From a virus (lineage: Duplodnaviria; Caudoviricetes): DNA of 50,896 bases. The position numbers and the translations under genes are program-made. The stretch is from positions 1 through 50,896 of IMG/VR virus record IMGVR_UViG_3300012665_000657. The stretch is one strand, 5' to 3'. The notes below the pieces were generated by a model that saw only the letters and a list, made by a program, of their open reading frames with translations, ran no database searches and was not told where the DNA came from. Below, piece after piece: positions 9,465-19,431 of the stretch (position 1 is the first letter of the stretch; each line of letters starts with the position of its first letter).

Positions 9465-10322
9465 ATGCGCCAATTAAAAATAGCTACCAAATATTCTTCG
9501 GATTGGTTAGAGACTGAGAGACCAAGTCCGCTATCCGATAATAGGATTGAATCCGTTATACAAGATGTGTTATCTGGAAAATTGGATAAGGATATATCTG
9601 ATACTGTTTATACTAACTTTAAACAAGAAGCAACTAATTGGTTATTCAGCAGTAAACTAAATCAACTTACAGGGTTTGATAAATTTGACCGTGTAGATGT
9701 TATAAATGGTTGTACTCAATTTATCGATAACTTGTATATGCAAGGTCCGGTACAAGTGTTGCGTGGCGATTATAGGTACCACGAAAGATTAGGGTTAGCG
9801 TATGTTAAGGATGTGGGCTCGCTAATTCCAGATATTCCATTAATTATAGCAATGCCGTTTCCTAGCATTGGTGCTCCACATCAAGACATGGAGGAGATTT
9901 TACATGAATGTAAAATTAAAAACATTGCCGTACATATTGACGGTGCTTGGATTAGTTGTTGCCGTGACATCACTTTTGACTTTAACCATGTGGCTATTAG
10001 ATCCGTTGGCATCAGTCTTAGCAAAGGTCTTGGTCTCGGGTGGAATAGGATAGGACTTCGTTGGACTAAAGATACAGCCGCAGATGCTGTTACCATAATG
10101 AATGATTTTAATATGAACATGCGAGCGCCTGTAATGATCGGGTTGCACTTTATAAGAAATTTCGAACCGGATTATTTGTGGAATACACACAGGGAACAAT
10201 ACTATAAAGTATGTGCAGATTTTACACTAACTCCTACCAACTCGATCTATCTAGCACTGAGAGAAGGTCGACCTGTTGGTGTAAGTCCTTTAATACGATA
10301 CCTAGAAAATGAATCAAGTTAA
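9465..10322 (+). CDS. PLP-dependent aminotransferase-fold protein
   Basis: HIDGAW (PLP Asp) and SLSKGLGL..RIG (PLP Lys). Confidence 0.7.
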   Translation: MRQLKIATKYSSDWLETERPSPLSDNRIESVIQDVLSGKLDKDISDTVYTNFKQEATNWLFSSKLNQLTGFDKFDRVDVINGCTQFIDNLYMQGPVQVLRGDYRYHERLGLAYVKDVGSLIPDIPLIIAMPFPSIGAPHQDMEEILHECKIKNIAVHIDGAWISCCRDITFDFNHVAIRSVGISLSKGLGLGWNRIGLRWTKDTAADAVTIMNDFNMNMRAPVMIGLHFIRNFEPDYLWNTHREQYYKVCADFTLTPTNSIYLALREGRPVGVSPLIRYLENESS

Positions 10323-11025
10323 TATTCCGTTTAACAAGGCTTGGAAAAATATTGTTATTAGTGTAAGTGGTGGTGCTGATAGTGCATTACTTGCCTATAT
10401 GGTATGCGAGCTTGCTAAAGAACACGCTATCACTATACATATCATTAATCATGTACGTATGTGGAAGACACGACCATGGCAACAGCATGATGCAGATTGT
10501 GTCTACAATTGGTTATTTCAAAGATTCTATCATACGACCTTTGTTAGACATAAAAATTTTATTGCTCCGGAACTTGAATACGATAATATAGGTCCTTCTT
10601 TAACAGACGAGTACGGTAAGAATGTAAGTGGTGATAATATACAACAACGTGCTTATGCAGAATTTATCTGCAATAACGTGAGTGCTGATGCTTATTTTAA
10701 TGCAGTGACTTGCAATCCGAGATTGGTAGAGTTTAGCGGAATGAGCGAACGTGATATAGAGCGTACAGATAGCAATAAACATTTAGAATACATGATTCAT
10801 ATGGGTAAAGTAGTAAGTCATCCTTTCCGCTTTGTAGATAAGGCTTGGGTGCTGTCACAATACAGGCAACTAAACATTATGGATTTATTCGATCTAACAA
10901 GAAGTTGTGAAGGTGAATTTAAAAATATAAACTATGAAACATACACTCCTGGACAATATGTTCCAGTGTGTGGTAATTGTTTTTGGTGTAAAGAGCGAGA
11001 GTGGGCAATTAATGAATCAAAGTAA
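10309..11025 (+). CDS. QueC-like PP-loop ATPase
   Basis: SVSGGADS, TRSC...CGNCFWCKER Zn motif. Confidence 0.8.
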   Translation: MNQVNIPFNKAWKNIVISVSGGADSALLAYMVCELAKEHAITIHIINHVRMWKTRPWQQHDADCVYNWLFQRFYHTTFVRHKNFIAPELEYDNIGPSLTDEYGKNVSGDNIQQRAYAEFICNNVSADAYFNAVTCNPRLVEFSGMSERDIERTDSNKHLEYMIHMGKVVSHPFRFVDKAWVLSQYRQLNIMDLFDLTRSCEGEFKNINYETYTPGQYVPVCGNCFWCKEREWAINESK

Positions 11026-12271
11026 AACATTTTGTATGCATCCGTTTACGGGACTAGCTACTAGAGAAGATGGTGCTATACAAGTTTGCTGTCGAAGTCA
11101 TCCGATCAGCTTTATTCAACACGAAACTTTAGAACAAGCATGGAATAACGAAAACATGCAAAGGATTCGTAGGCAGGTATTACGAGGAGAGCGTCCTAAA
11201 GAATGTGAGCCTTGTTTTAGTTTAGAAGATCAAGGGGTAGAAAGTTTACGTCAACGTCATATTGCAGGAGTTATACCCGAAGCACGTATTAACTTGTATC
11301 CAGATGCCGTAAGTAAAATGGATCATGATTTTACAATGCCGTTTGAGATTCCCACCATGGAATTAAAATTAAACAATCTATGCAACTTAAAATGTCGTAT
11401 GTGTCATCCTGGGGATAGTACCAGCTGGAATGATTGGAGCGAAGTTAAAGATTTCTATAAAGGTACAGGCAAAGTTATTTTTGATCTTGTAGAAGAACAC
11501 AATCTCGAACGTAAACCGTTATTAGATAAGTTTGAAGATAACCCTAACTGGTGGGCCAGCTTAGAAAAGAACTTGCCCTATTTCCAACGTGTAGAGTTTG
11601 CTGGTGGTGAACCATTAATGGACCCACAACACTATCGTATATTAGATATGCTGAAACCGTATGGCGATAAGATAGAAATTAAGTATGCAACTAACTTAAC
11701 AATGTTAGGCAAAGGCAATCGTAACATATACGAATACTGGCCCCATTTTAAGAGCGTTGCATTAAATGTGAGTATTGACGGTATGAAGGATTCGTATGAA
11801 TACATTCGAGGTAATGCCGAGTGGGACATATTAATTAAGAATATTAAAGAGGTTCAGCCGATTACTAATATTAATAGAATAGTAGGCGCGGTTGCTGTTC
11901 AAGTGTCCAATGTGTTAATATTAGACAAAATGATTGAGTATTTCTTAGATGATTTGGAAATTGTATTCTATACTAATATGGTTAAGTACCCCGATTGTCT
12001 AAGCGTACAAGTATTGCCACAACCTTTAAAGAATTTAGCCAGTGCTAGGTTGCAAATTGTGTCTGAAAAATTACACAATTTTAAAATGATTAAGAAACAT
12101 CCTATGTTATATGATTTAACTATGGGCCAAATTAATGGTGTTTTAAACTTCTTAAAAGCAAAAGACGAAAGTCATTTATGGCCTGATACTATTAATTTCA
12201 ATATGAAATTAGATATTACCAGAAATCAGAGCTTTTTAGATGTGACACCGGAATTCAAAAATTACGTATGA
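11012..12271 (+). CDS. Radical SAM protein with N-terminal twitch/SPASM domain
   Basis: FCMHPF..CC..CEPC, then CNLKCRMC and AGGEP; start MNQSK. Confidence 0.9.
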   Translation: MNQSKTFCMHPFTGLATREDGAIQVCCRSHPISFIQHETLEQAWNNENMQRIRRQVLRGERPKECEPCFSLEDQGVESLRQRHIAGVIPEARINLYPDAVSKMDHDFTMPFEIPTMELKLNNLCNLKCRMCHPGDSTSWNDWSEVKDFYKGTGKVIFDLVEEHNLERKPLLDKFEDNPNWWASLEKNLPYFQRVEFAGGEPLMDPQHYRILDMLKPYGDKIEIKYATNLTMLGKGNRNIYEYWPHFKSVALNVSIDGMKDSYEYIRGNAEWDILIKNIKEVQPITNINRIVGAVAVQVSNVLILDKMIEYFLDDLEIVFYTNMVKYPDCLSVQVLPQPLKNLASARLQIVSEKLHNFKMIKKHPMLYDLTMGQINGVLNFLKAKDESHLWPDTINFNMKLDITRNQSFLDVTPEFKNYV

Positions 12272-13188
12272 AAGAAATTTTCCAAAATGCAGAAGGTTAC
12301 AATTCGCTAGAGATAGTTATTAATTGTCGTGCAGGTGACATTAAACTCAACTATCAACTTAATGATAATCCTGTACAACATATATGGCAGCAGATACATT
12401 TAGGAACTACTGAATATACAACTGGCATCCCTATGAATGCACCGACTGCTAGTGTATTAAAATTAGCAAATGATATTTGCAGCTCGATTAACATTGAAAA
12501 GATTCCGGATAACTTCTCTAAAGATGATTTAAATAAAATACACAGCTTAATGGTAACATTGGCTGTTGACTCTAGCGACAACAGATTGTCTGTATTAAAT
12601 AAGTTGATACATGTTTTAGAAAACAAGATAAACAGCAAATATTCTGAATACAATGCCAACATAGTATTCTACTCTAAAAATAATGAACAGTATATACCCA
12701 TACAAGAAGAATATAAAATATGGTTAGAATCAAATAGCAAATGGGGTGATTTAATTTTAGGGTATGGAACTTTAGGTAAAGATTGGTTAGACTTATCGAT
12801 AGACGATGACGATTATAAAGAGTTAGACATACAAAATACTATTAGTTCAGAGACGTTACTGTACTTTAGACCTGAATATAATTTTCCAAAAGCTAGTGAA
12901 ATTTTCTTTTACCGATGGGCCAAACAATCTAAATTTCATGTTCCGTTACATGACTTAAACAAAATGTCATTGGGAAGATATGTTCTAGGTAAATTGATAA
13001 TTGATCAAACGCTTACGGATTACCACAGTAATATCGGTGATTGGTATATACCAAATCATATATGTAAGTTAATGTGGAATAAAGATATTATCGGTAGTGA
13101 AGTTACTATTAAAAACCTAAGATTTTATAATGGTAATAAATATCACGAAATGTCAATCGACCATGCTCAAATAAGGTCTATACTATGA
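12268..13188 (+). CDS. Hypothetical protein
   Basis: 306 aa ORF with ATGA overlaps on both sides. Confidence 0.75.
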   Translation: MKEIFQNAEGYNSLEIVINCRAGDIKLNYQLNDNPVQHIWQQIHLGTTEYTTGIPMNAPTASVLKLANDICSSINIEKIPDNFSKDDLNKIHSLMVTLAVDSSDNRLSVLNKLIHVLENKINSKYSEYNANIVFYSKNNEQYIPIQEEYKIWLESNSKWGDLILGYGTLGKDWLDLSIDDDDYKELDIQNTISSETLLYFRPEYNFPKASEIFFYRWAKQSKFHVPLHDLNKMSLGRYVLGKLIIDQTLTDYHSNIGDWYIPNHICKLMWNKDIIGSEVTIKNLRFYNGNKYHEMSIDHAQIRSIL

Positions 13189-14084
13189 TGTATAAGATAA
13201 CAAGTTCTTGGCCTCACCAGGATCAAATTAAGATTGAATGGAATCTTGGCAAGCGTTGTAACTACGACTGTAGTTATTGTCCTAGTAGCATACATGATAG
13301 TTATAGCCCGCATACAAATATTAATTTACTAGAAGCAACTGTTGATAAACTGTGCGAAATAGGAAAGCCATTACGGATTAGTCTGACCGGCGGCGAGCCG
13401 TGTGTGCATCCAGACATTGAAAATTTACTTGAATATTTTAAACGAAAAGATATATTCTGGATTAACTTAACTACTAACGGCACCCGAGGGTATCGTTGGT
13501 ATCTAGACCACGAAATGTTTTTTAATCATCTTGTGTTTAGTCTACACTTTGAACAAGACTGGACTCGAATTTTTGATACTATTTTAAAATTTTACGACAG
13601 CACTGAGAGAGATTTCTTTGTTAATGTAATGGCTCATCACAAGTACATGCATAACGTGAAAGTTGTTGTTAAAAAGTTTGACGAATTAGGAATCAAATAT
13701 GCCATTCGTAGAATAAGATGGACCGAAGGCGATCACAATGTGTTTGATGATTTAAAATACGACGGCGAAGATCTTCAATGGATTCTAGATCACGATGCAA
13801 CTGTTAAGCCAAACTGCCGTATTGATGATAGTAAAGTTATGCATAGTAACGATGTAATCAAACTTCATAAGAATCAATTCAAGGGATGGCATTGTAGTGC
13901 TGGACTTGAAAGTCTAATGATTAACTGGGACGGTGATGTACATCGTGCTACTTGCCGAGTAGGAGGTAGTTTAGGTAATATCTATAACGGCACGTTTGCT
14001 ATTCCTAACGAACCTATTGTATGTACTCGAGATTTCTGTACATGCTCTGCAGACATACCAATAACTAAAGAGAAAATAGTATGA
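13185..14084 (+). CDS. Radical SAM protein (twitch)
   Basis: CNYDCSYC, TGGEP, CSAG...C...CTRDFCTC. Confidence 0.9.
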   Translation: MMYKITSSWPHQDQIKIEWNLGKRCNYDCSYCPSSIHDSYSPHTNINLLEATVDKLCEIGKPLRISLTGGEPCVHPDIENLLEYFKRKDIFWINLTTNGTRGYRWYLDHEMFFNHLVFSLHFEQDWTRIFDTILKFYDSTERDFFVNVMAHHKYMHNVKVVVKKFDELGIKYAIRRIRWTEGDHNVFDDLKYDGEDLQWILDHDATVKPNCRIDDSKVMHSNDVIKLHKNQFKGWHCSAGLESLMINWDGDVHRATCRVGGSLGNIYNGTFAIPNEPIVCTRDFCTCSADIPITKEKIV

Positions 14085-14854
14085 ACAAATATTTCTATCC
14101 ACACTTACCCCCCTCGTGGGTAGCTGCACCACCTATGAAGAAAGTCGCAGGTTCCAGTTTTAAATGGGGTAGCGAGTTATGGCCTAAAAGTCCTGATAGC
14201 CCTAAAAATGCTAGATTTGAAGATGATAATATCGTCTACGAAATTAACAGCATGGGTTATAGAGAGAAAGAATTAGAAGAGTCGTATCACCAATACGATG
14301 AATTATTTTTAGGATTTGGTAATAGCTCAACTGCCGGCACCGGTGTATTAGATGATGATATATTCCTTAGGGTAATCGAAAAAACCTTACCTAATGTTAG
14401 AGTGCTAAACTTAGCTATAGCAAAAGCGGCACCTGATACAGTAGCACGAATGGTTGCATGTACTGTACCTTATTTCTTACCTAGGTGTAAAAAACTTAAT
14501 GTAATAATAATGTGGCCCCAAGATGTTAGGAGAGAAGTATTTTTAAATGACTTCCATGAGTCGGTTACTGCATTTTCAGACGAACCGTATGATGGATATT
14601 TCATGGGCATTGATGGTACATCTTGTAAGTATAACAGAGATAAAAATACCCATATGGTGGAACTGGTATGCAAATTACATAACGTTAATTTATATACAGT
14701 TCCTTACCAATTATACAATACCTCGATTGACGAAAAGATAGTAGGAAATGACACTGCGAGAGACGGTGCTAGCCCTAGTCCTAAGTGGCATTTAAAGTTC
14801 GCTGACAGTATTATTAGTCAAATAAATGGGCAAGCTCAGGAAAAATCTGCCTAG
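14081..14854 (+). CDS. SGNH-hydrolase-like protein
   Basis: FGNSSTAG, NLA, RDGASP (the His of the DxxH block is replaced by Ser). Confidence 0.55.
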   Translation: MNKYFYPHLPPSWVAAPPMKKVAGSSFKWGSELWPKSPDSPKNARFEDDNIVYEINSMGYREKELEESYHQYDELFLGFGNSSTAGTGVLDDDIFLRVIEKTLPNVRVLNLAIAKAAPDTVARMVACTVPYFLPRCKKLNVIIMWPQDVRREVFLNDFHESVTAFSDEPYDGYFMGIDGTSCKYNRDKNTHMVELVCKLHNVNLYTVPYQLYNTSIDEKIVGNDTARDGASPSPKWHLKFADSIISQINGQAQEKSA

Positions 14855-16202
14855 CATCGGTAGCCCTAACAGCATCTAACTTGTTAATGTAATCTTTGAA
14901 ATCAGGTAAAAGGTGGGTGTGATCTTCAGCTTCGACGAAGGTTAGTATAGCTTCCCATCTTTTCCATCCATACGGATTAGTATTCCAGAAATCATCACTT
15001 TGGGTATAGTTGTCCCATAGCCATTGTTTAAACTCTGCAAACTGTTGTCTAATTTCTTCTTTATCTTTCTTTGGAAGAATACGAGCACTTAAAAATGTAG
15101 GAATATATAATAGATGTAGGTTAATTATTCCACCGCCTGTTTCAAAATCATCTAATTTAAACTTATTAATCTTTTTAAAATTCTGACTTAATTTCCACTT
15201 AGCAAAATCAACTATATGTTTTATGTTGAGAACTTGCACTGCACACGCAACAGCGCAATGTATATGCTCAGGAGCGTCGTCCATCAATCTTAAACTTTGC
15301 TCAATTTCTTGCCAATCGGCAGGGTATCTGATATAGTGATTTCTTTCAAAGGTTGCATCTATACTAAATGCATATCGAACTTGTTTAAAGTTTTTCCAAA
15401 CGTTAATGATATCATCATTAACGAACAATCCATTGCTATTATATCTTAAACTTATATTTTTAGCATAACCTCTTTTAATGATTTCGTCTAAGAATCTACG
15501 ATGTTCTTTAATCATTAATGGTTCTCCGCCTGCAAAATACAACTGTGTTATATGCGGAATCTGCTCAAAAACTTCATCCCAGAATTCTGGTTTCTCGTAC
15601 CATTTGTTATTAAATGTGGTCTTGTCAAAATCAATTTGAAACTTAACAACCTTACTTTCTAAAGTTTCCATCATTTTATCATAGTCCTGCAACCATCTAC
15701 TACTGTCGTGGGGACTACACATTACACATTTTAAATTACAAGTATGTCCTAATCGCAAGTCCATATATCTTATAATTGGAGGGATAGTACCGTCTTCTTT
15801 AGTACTGCTTATTAATTCGTTGAAATCTAAACCTTCTTTGTTCCATTCATACAATTCCCACAGACGTTTACTAACAACTCCGTTACTTTCTTCTTCAAAG
15901 CATTTAGTACAGCTTGCAGGTATCTTCCCCTCTAGCATCGTGGTGCGAACGCTTTTCATGTAATCGTTATTGAATGCACTTAACAGTGAATCTTTACCAA
16001 AGTTAGCAGGAGTGCCATTTTCCTTTTTTACTAATCCGACTTTATGATCCCCGGTGCTTGCGCCCGATGCATTTGTAACACAACACAATCTAACATCACC
16101 GTTGGGCCTAGTAGCCAAATGTATCCATGGTAATGCACAAAAAGTTGGAGTACCAGTTCGTTCAGTTATGTCTTTAATGTACGCTACAATACGTTCTTTC
16201 AT
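14814..16202 (-). CDS. Radical SAM protein with N-terminal twitch domain, paralogue of 11012-12271
   Basis: FCALPW..CC..CTKC, CNLKCVMC, AGGEP. Confidence 0.9.
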   Translation of the reverse strand: MKERIVAYIKDITERTGTPTFCALPWIHLATRPNGDVRLCCVTNASGASTGDHKVGLVKKENGTPANFGKDSLLSAFNNDYMKSVRTTMLEGKIPASCTKCFEEESNGVVSKRLWELYEWNKEGLDFNELISSTKEDGTIPPIIRYMDLRLGHTCNLKCVMCSPHDSSRWLQDYDKMMETLESKVVKFQIDFDKTTFNNKWYEKPEFWDEVFEQIPHITQLYFAGGEPLMIKEHRRFLDEIIKRGYAKNISLRYNSNGLFVNDDIINVWKNFKQVRYAFSIDATFERNHYIRYPADWQEIEQSLRLMDDAPEHIHCAVACAVQVLNIKHIVDFAKWKLSQNFKKINKFKLDDFETGGGIINLHLLYIPTFLSARILPKKDKEEIRQQFAEFKQWLWDNYTQSDDFWNTNPYGWKRWEAILTFVEAEDHTHLLPDFKDYINKLDAVRATDARQIFPELAHLFD

Positions 16203-16220
16203 ATCTCTTCCCTTGTACAG

Positions 16221-16237
16221 TAATTAGCCTATAAATA
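16221..16237. promoter_or_regulatory. Late promoter cores between divergent genes
   Basis: TATAAATA at 16230-16237 (+), an exact T4 late consensus; TAATTA at 16221-16226. Confidence 0.6.
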
Positions 16238-16254
16238 GTGAGCGAGGCTAATAT

Positions 16255-16923
16255 ATGAATATAGATAGTTGGAATCTATACTACAAACAACACGAAACTG
16301 AAAACCGATTGACATCTACTCAAATGTGCTACGAACCCCGAATCAATTCGGAAGGTACAATTTTCTGTATGAACTTTTGTTTTCCATCTAATTACCAATC
16401 TTCACAACCTAGATATTCGTACACTTCGGAATTAGTTGACTTTATGTTTAATCGAGAAGTTAAGTACTTGCAAATATTTAAAGACTATAAATGGGCGCCG
16501 GAGATTTTAGATATTACGGATAATAAAATTTTTATTAAATGGTACGGAAAAACTTGTAACGATTTACTCTATAAAGAAAACAATCTGCCAAATACATGGA
16601 AGCGGGATATAGAAGAAATTATTTTAGATCAGAACAATGCAGGATACTATAAACCTTCGGTGTACCCACACAGTCATTACTACGATAATTATGGTAATAT
16701 GAGAGCAATTGATTTTTACACATGTGTTGAAAAAACAAACACACACTTGAACTATAATGACATCAAGGGAATAGTAGGGACAGACACTACTCGATTTTCA
16801 GATGCTACTAACAATGAACTAGTTGATGTTTCTCTAATATTTAAATCAGGATTATTAGAATATAGTAAATGGCCAGAAAATTTAACAGATGTATACAAAC
16901 AGATTTTTTCACATGAACAATAA
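16255..16923 (+). CDS. Protein-kinase-fold-like protein (probable pseudokinase)
   Basis: REVKYL..APEIL, YKPSVYPHS, RAIDF; paralogue of 25496-26185. Confidence 0.55.
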   Translation: MNIDSWNLYYKQHETENRLTSTQMCYEPRINSEGTIFCMNFCFPSNYQSSQPRYSYTSELVDFMFNREVKYLQIFKDYKWAPEILDITDNKIFIKWYGKTCNDLLYKENNLPNTWKRDIEEIILDQNNAGYYKPSVYPHSHYYDNYGNMRAIDFYTCVEKTNTHLNYNDIKGIVGTDTTRFSDATNNELVDVSLIFKSGLLEYSKWPENLTDVYKQIFSHEQ

Positions 16924-18922
16924 AAAGAAAATATGGTTCTTCAGATGGGACATACAGCAACACATCTATCTTTTCTTGCCGCTTGTATGGTTTGAATTTA
17001 AAAGATATTATGAACTAAATGGACGTAATCCAGATAATTGGGAATGGATAGAGCCCGTTGTGGATTATTCAAGTATGACGTTTGACGATATCGTTGAGGA
17101 AGCTATAGATTCTGATGCAGATGTTTATATGTTTAGTAGCTATATGTGGAGTTGGGACATTGTTAAAATTATGGCGCTTGCTATTCGAGAAGCTAAACCT
17201 AATGCAATAATAGTACTAGGTGGTCCTAATCAACGAACAACATACACTGAACCAATGTTTTGGTTTAAAGATCATCCTTACTTTGATGCAACCTGTCATC
17301 CGTTAGAATACGGTGAATATTTTATTACAGACATGCTAGATAACATTGCAGAAAAAGATGATCCGGATTGGTCTACAGTGAGAAACAGCTACCACAGGAA
17401 TGGCCGCGGTCCGTACGGAGATAAGAAACAGTTTTTCTATCCAACTGGCATGCTTTCTAGTAATATGGATCTTTGTAAGGAATATTCAAAATACGCAGAA
17501 GAGAACAAAAGAATTTTAGTGACCCTTTATGAAACTAATCGGGGATGTCCGTATAGCTGCACTTATTGTGAGTGGGGCGGTGGGACAGGCACTAAAGTAC
17601 GAGCTAAGGCTATGGAAGATATTAAAGATGATTTTTCATATTTTAGGGACTTAAATGTAGGTTCTATTTTTATTACAGATGCCAACTTTGGTATTCTTCC
17701 TAGAGATGTTGAAATATCTCATATGATAGCTGACATGAAAGATCATATTAAGTTTGTAGGAATAATGGGCCTAGCTAAAACTAGTGCAGAAAAGAAAAAA
17801 GCAGTGCTAGAGCCAATGTTTGAGGCTGGAGTAATGCAATTTTATCAAGTTAGTTTACAAAGTATTGATCCTGAAGTATTGAAGAATGTTGAACGTACTG
17901 ATATCCCCGCAGAAGAAAATATTAAACTAGCAAAATATTTTATTGAAAAATACGATGCCGAAACTCTTATAGAATTAATCATTGGACTACCCGGTTCGAC
18001 TATTCCAGTTTTTTATGAAGAAATGGAAGTAGAGGATGCAGTGTTTAATAAAATTAAACCAGTATCTCATCATGTGCCGTTATACGTATTGCCAGATGCA
18101 CCGGTTGCTGATCCTAAGTATATTGAAAAGCATAAGATGAAATTAGCCGGTATCAATATGGAAACAATTGACTTAATTAAAAAATATAGTGATTCCAAAT
18201 ACGTAATTAATTTTAAAACAAAGTTTTCAAAAAAAGAATATCCAATGTATATTCCAATATCAACAAGTTCGTATACTACTGACGATTGGAAAGAAATGTT
18301 CTTAATGAATGATATGAAAATACCATTGATTAATAATCAATTAATGAAACCTCTAGTTGATTTTTTACATTATCATAGAAGCATGCTACCTAGATATTCT
18401 TACAAAAAAATCTATAATGCAATGGTAAGGTCTGAGAAGTTTTACGGAAAAATTAACGAATATTTAGAAGGCATTATTAATCAAACACGAGATGATGATC
18501 CCTGGAGAGAACTCAGGGTAGGCCCAGTCAAGGGAGATTTTTCTATTCTCCAGGGAATCATATGGTTATGGGTTAATGCAAGAACTGAACTTTTTGTAAA
18601 TCTGAGATCTGAATTTAGTGATGTAATGGATTATGAGATTAACGACCTGTTTACATATTTAGAAAATAGTACGTTTAGAGCTGACGGCGAAACAGATGTT
18701 AGTTGGACTAGCAAGTATCGCTGGGATTTATACGAAGAACGAAATGTAAAAGCAGAAGCTCCTATTGAAGAATCGATTGCTCTTAAGACAATAAGTGAGA
18801 AAGTTTCCCAGTGGCATGATTACATGAAGCTTGTACGTAATATGCACACCGTGAGAGTTTTTGACGGATCTAAGATACAAAATAAAATATTCGATCTTAA
18901 TAAAATTAGAGGATCAGAGTGA
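16913..18922 (+). CDS. Cobalamin-binding-type radical SAM protein (class B methyltransferase-like)
   Basis: N-domain FSSYMWS..IVLGGP..GE; ETNRGCPYSCTYC; DANFG; IIGLPG. Confidence 0.85.
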   Translation: MNNKKKIWFFRWDIQQHIYLFLPLVWFEFKRYYELNGRNPDNWEWIEPVVDYSSMTFDDIVEEAIDSDADVYMFSSYMWSWDIVKIMALAIREAKPNAIIVLGGPNQRTTYTEPMFWFKDHPYFDATCHPLEYGEYFITDMLDNIAEKDDPDWSTVRNSYHRNGRGPYGDKKQFFYPTGMLSSNMDLCKEYSKYAEENKRILVTLYETNRGCPYSCTYCEWGGGTGTKVRAKAMEDIKDDFSYFRDLNVGSIFITDANFGILPRDVEISHMIADMKDHIKFVGIMGLAKTSAEKKKAVLEPMFEAGVMQFYQVSLQSIDPEVLKNVERTDIPAEENIKLAKYFIEKYDAETLIELIIGLPGSTIPVFYEEMEVEDAVFNKIKPVSHHVPLYVLPDAPVADPKYIEKHKMKLAGINMETIDLIKKYSDSKYVINFKTKFSKKEYPMYIPISTSSYTTDDWKEMFLMNDMKIPLINNQLMKPLVDFLHYHRSMLPRYSYKKIYNAMVRSEKFYGKINEYLEGIINQTRDDDPWRELRVGPVKGDFSILQGIIWLWVNARTELFVNLRSEFSDVMDYEINDLFTYLENSTFRADGETDVSWTSKYRWDLYEERNVKAEAPIEESIALKTISEKVSQWHDYMKLVRNMHTVRVFDGSKIQNKIFDLNKIRGSE

Positions 18923-19431
18923 TGATAAATTGGAATACTGTTGTTGATGCATTAATTTCGCAACCAGGCGAAGTTAGAACCATCGGCGAAAATTTCTATG
19001 AAAATGTTGATGGCAGATTTAATGAGATTATACATCTATGGAACAATGCTGGATATACTGCTCAAAAGGTTGAATGGATAAATTACTATCCCGAAAAACA
19101 TTTTAGTAATGATATAGTTGAAAAATTTGCAAAAGCGCATAATCTAACTACTGCTCGTGCTTGGATTAGTAAAGTCCGTCCGGGAAAGTCTGCACCATGG
19201 CATCAAGACATAGACGATAATTTAGAAAAATATGAAACTCTAGGAAAATTAAAAAGATACACATGTCAAATTAGCAAGCCGGCACACGGGCAGGTGTTTC
19301 TAATAGAAAAAGAATCGTATTACATGCTGCTGCAGGGAACGACAGTTCTATGGAATGACCATATGGCTTGGCATGGCGCATCAAATTGTGGATTTACGGA
19401 TCATTACCTTTTCCATTTTATAGGATATTAA
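18922..19431 (+). CDS. Asp/Asn beta-hydroxylase-like 2OG-Fe(II) oxygenase
   Basis: WISKVRPG.SAPWHQD...WHGASNCG. Confidence 0.75.
   Translation: MINWNTVVDALISQPGEVRTIGENFYENVDGRFNEIIHLWNNAGYTAQKVEWINYYPEKHFSNDIVEKFAKAHNLTTARAWISKVRPGKSAPWHQDIDDNLEKYETLGKLKRYTCQISKPAHGQVFLIEKESYYMLLQGTTVLWNDHMAWHGASNCGFTDHYLFHFIGY

Noticed and set aside
10309-11025. Assigning queC and a 7-deazaguanine DNA modification pathway
   Set aside because: Partner genes are absent from the window; only the fold is supported.
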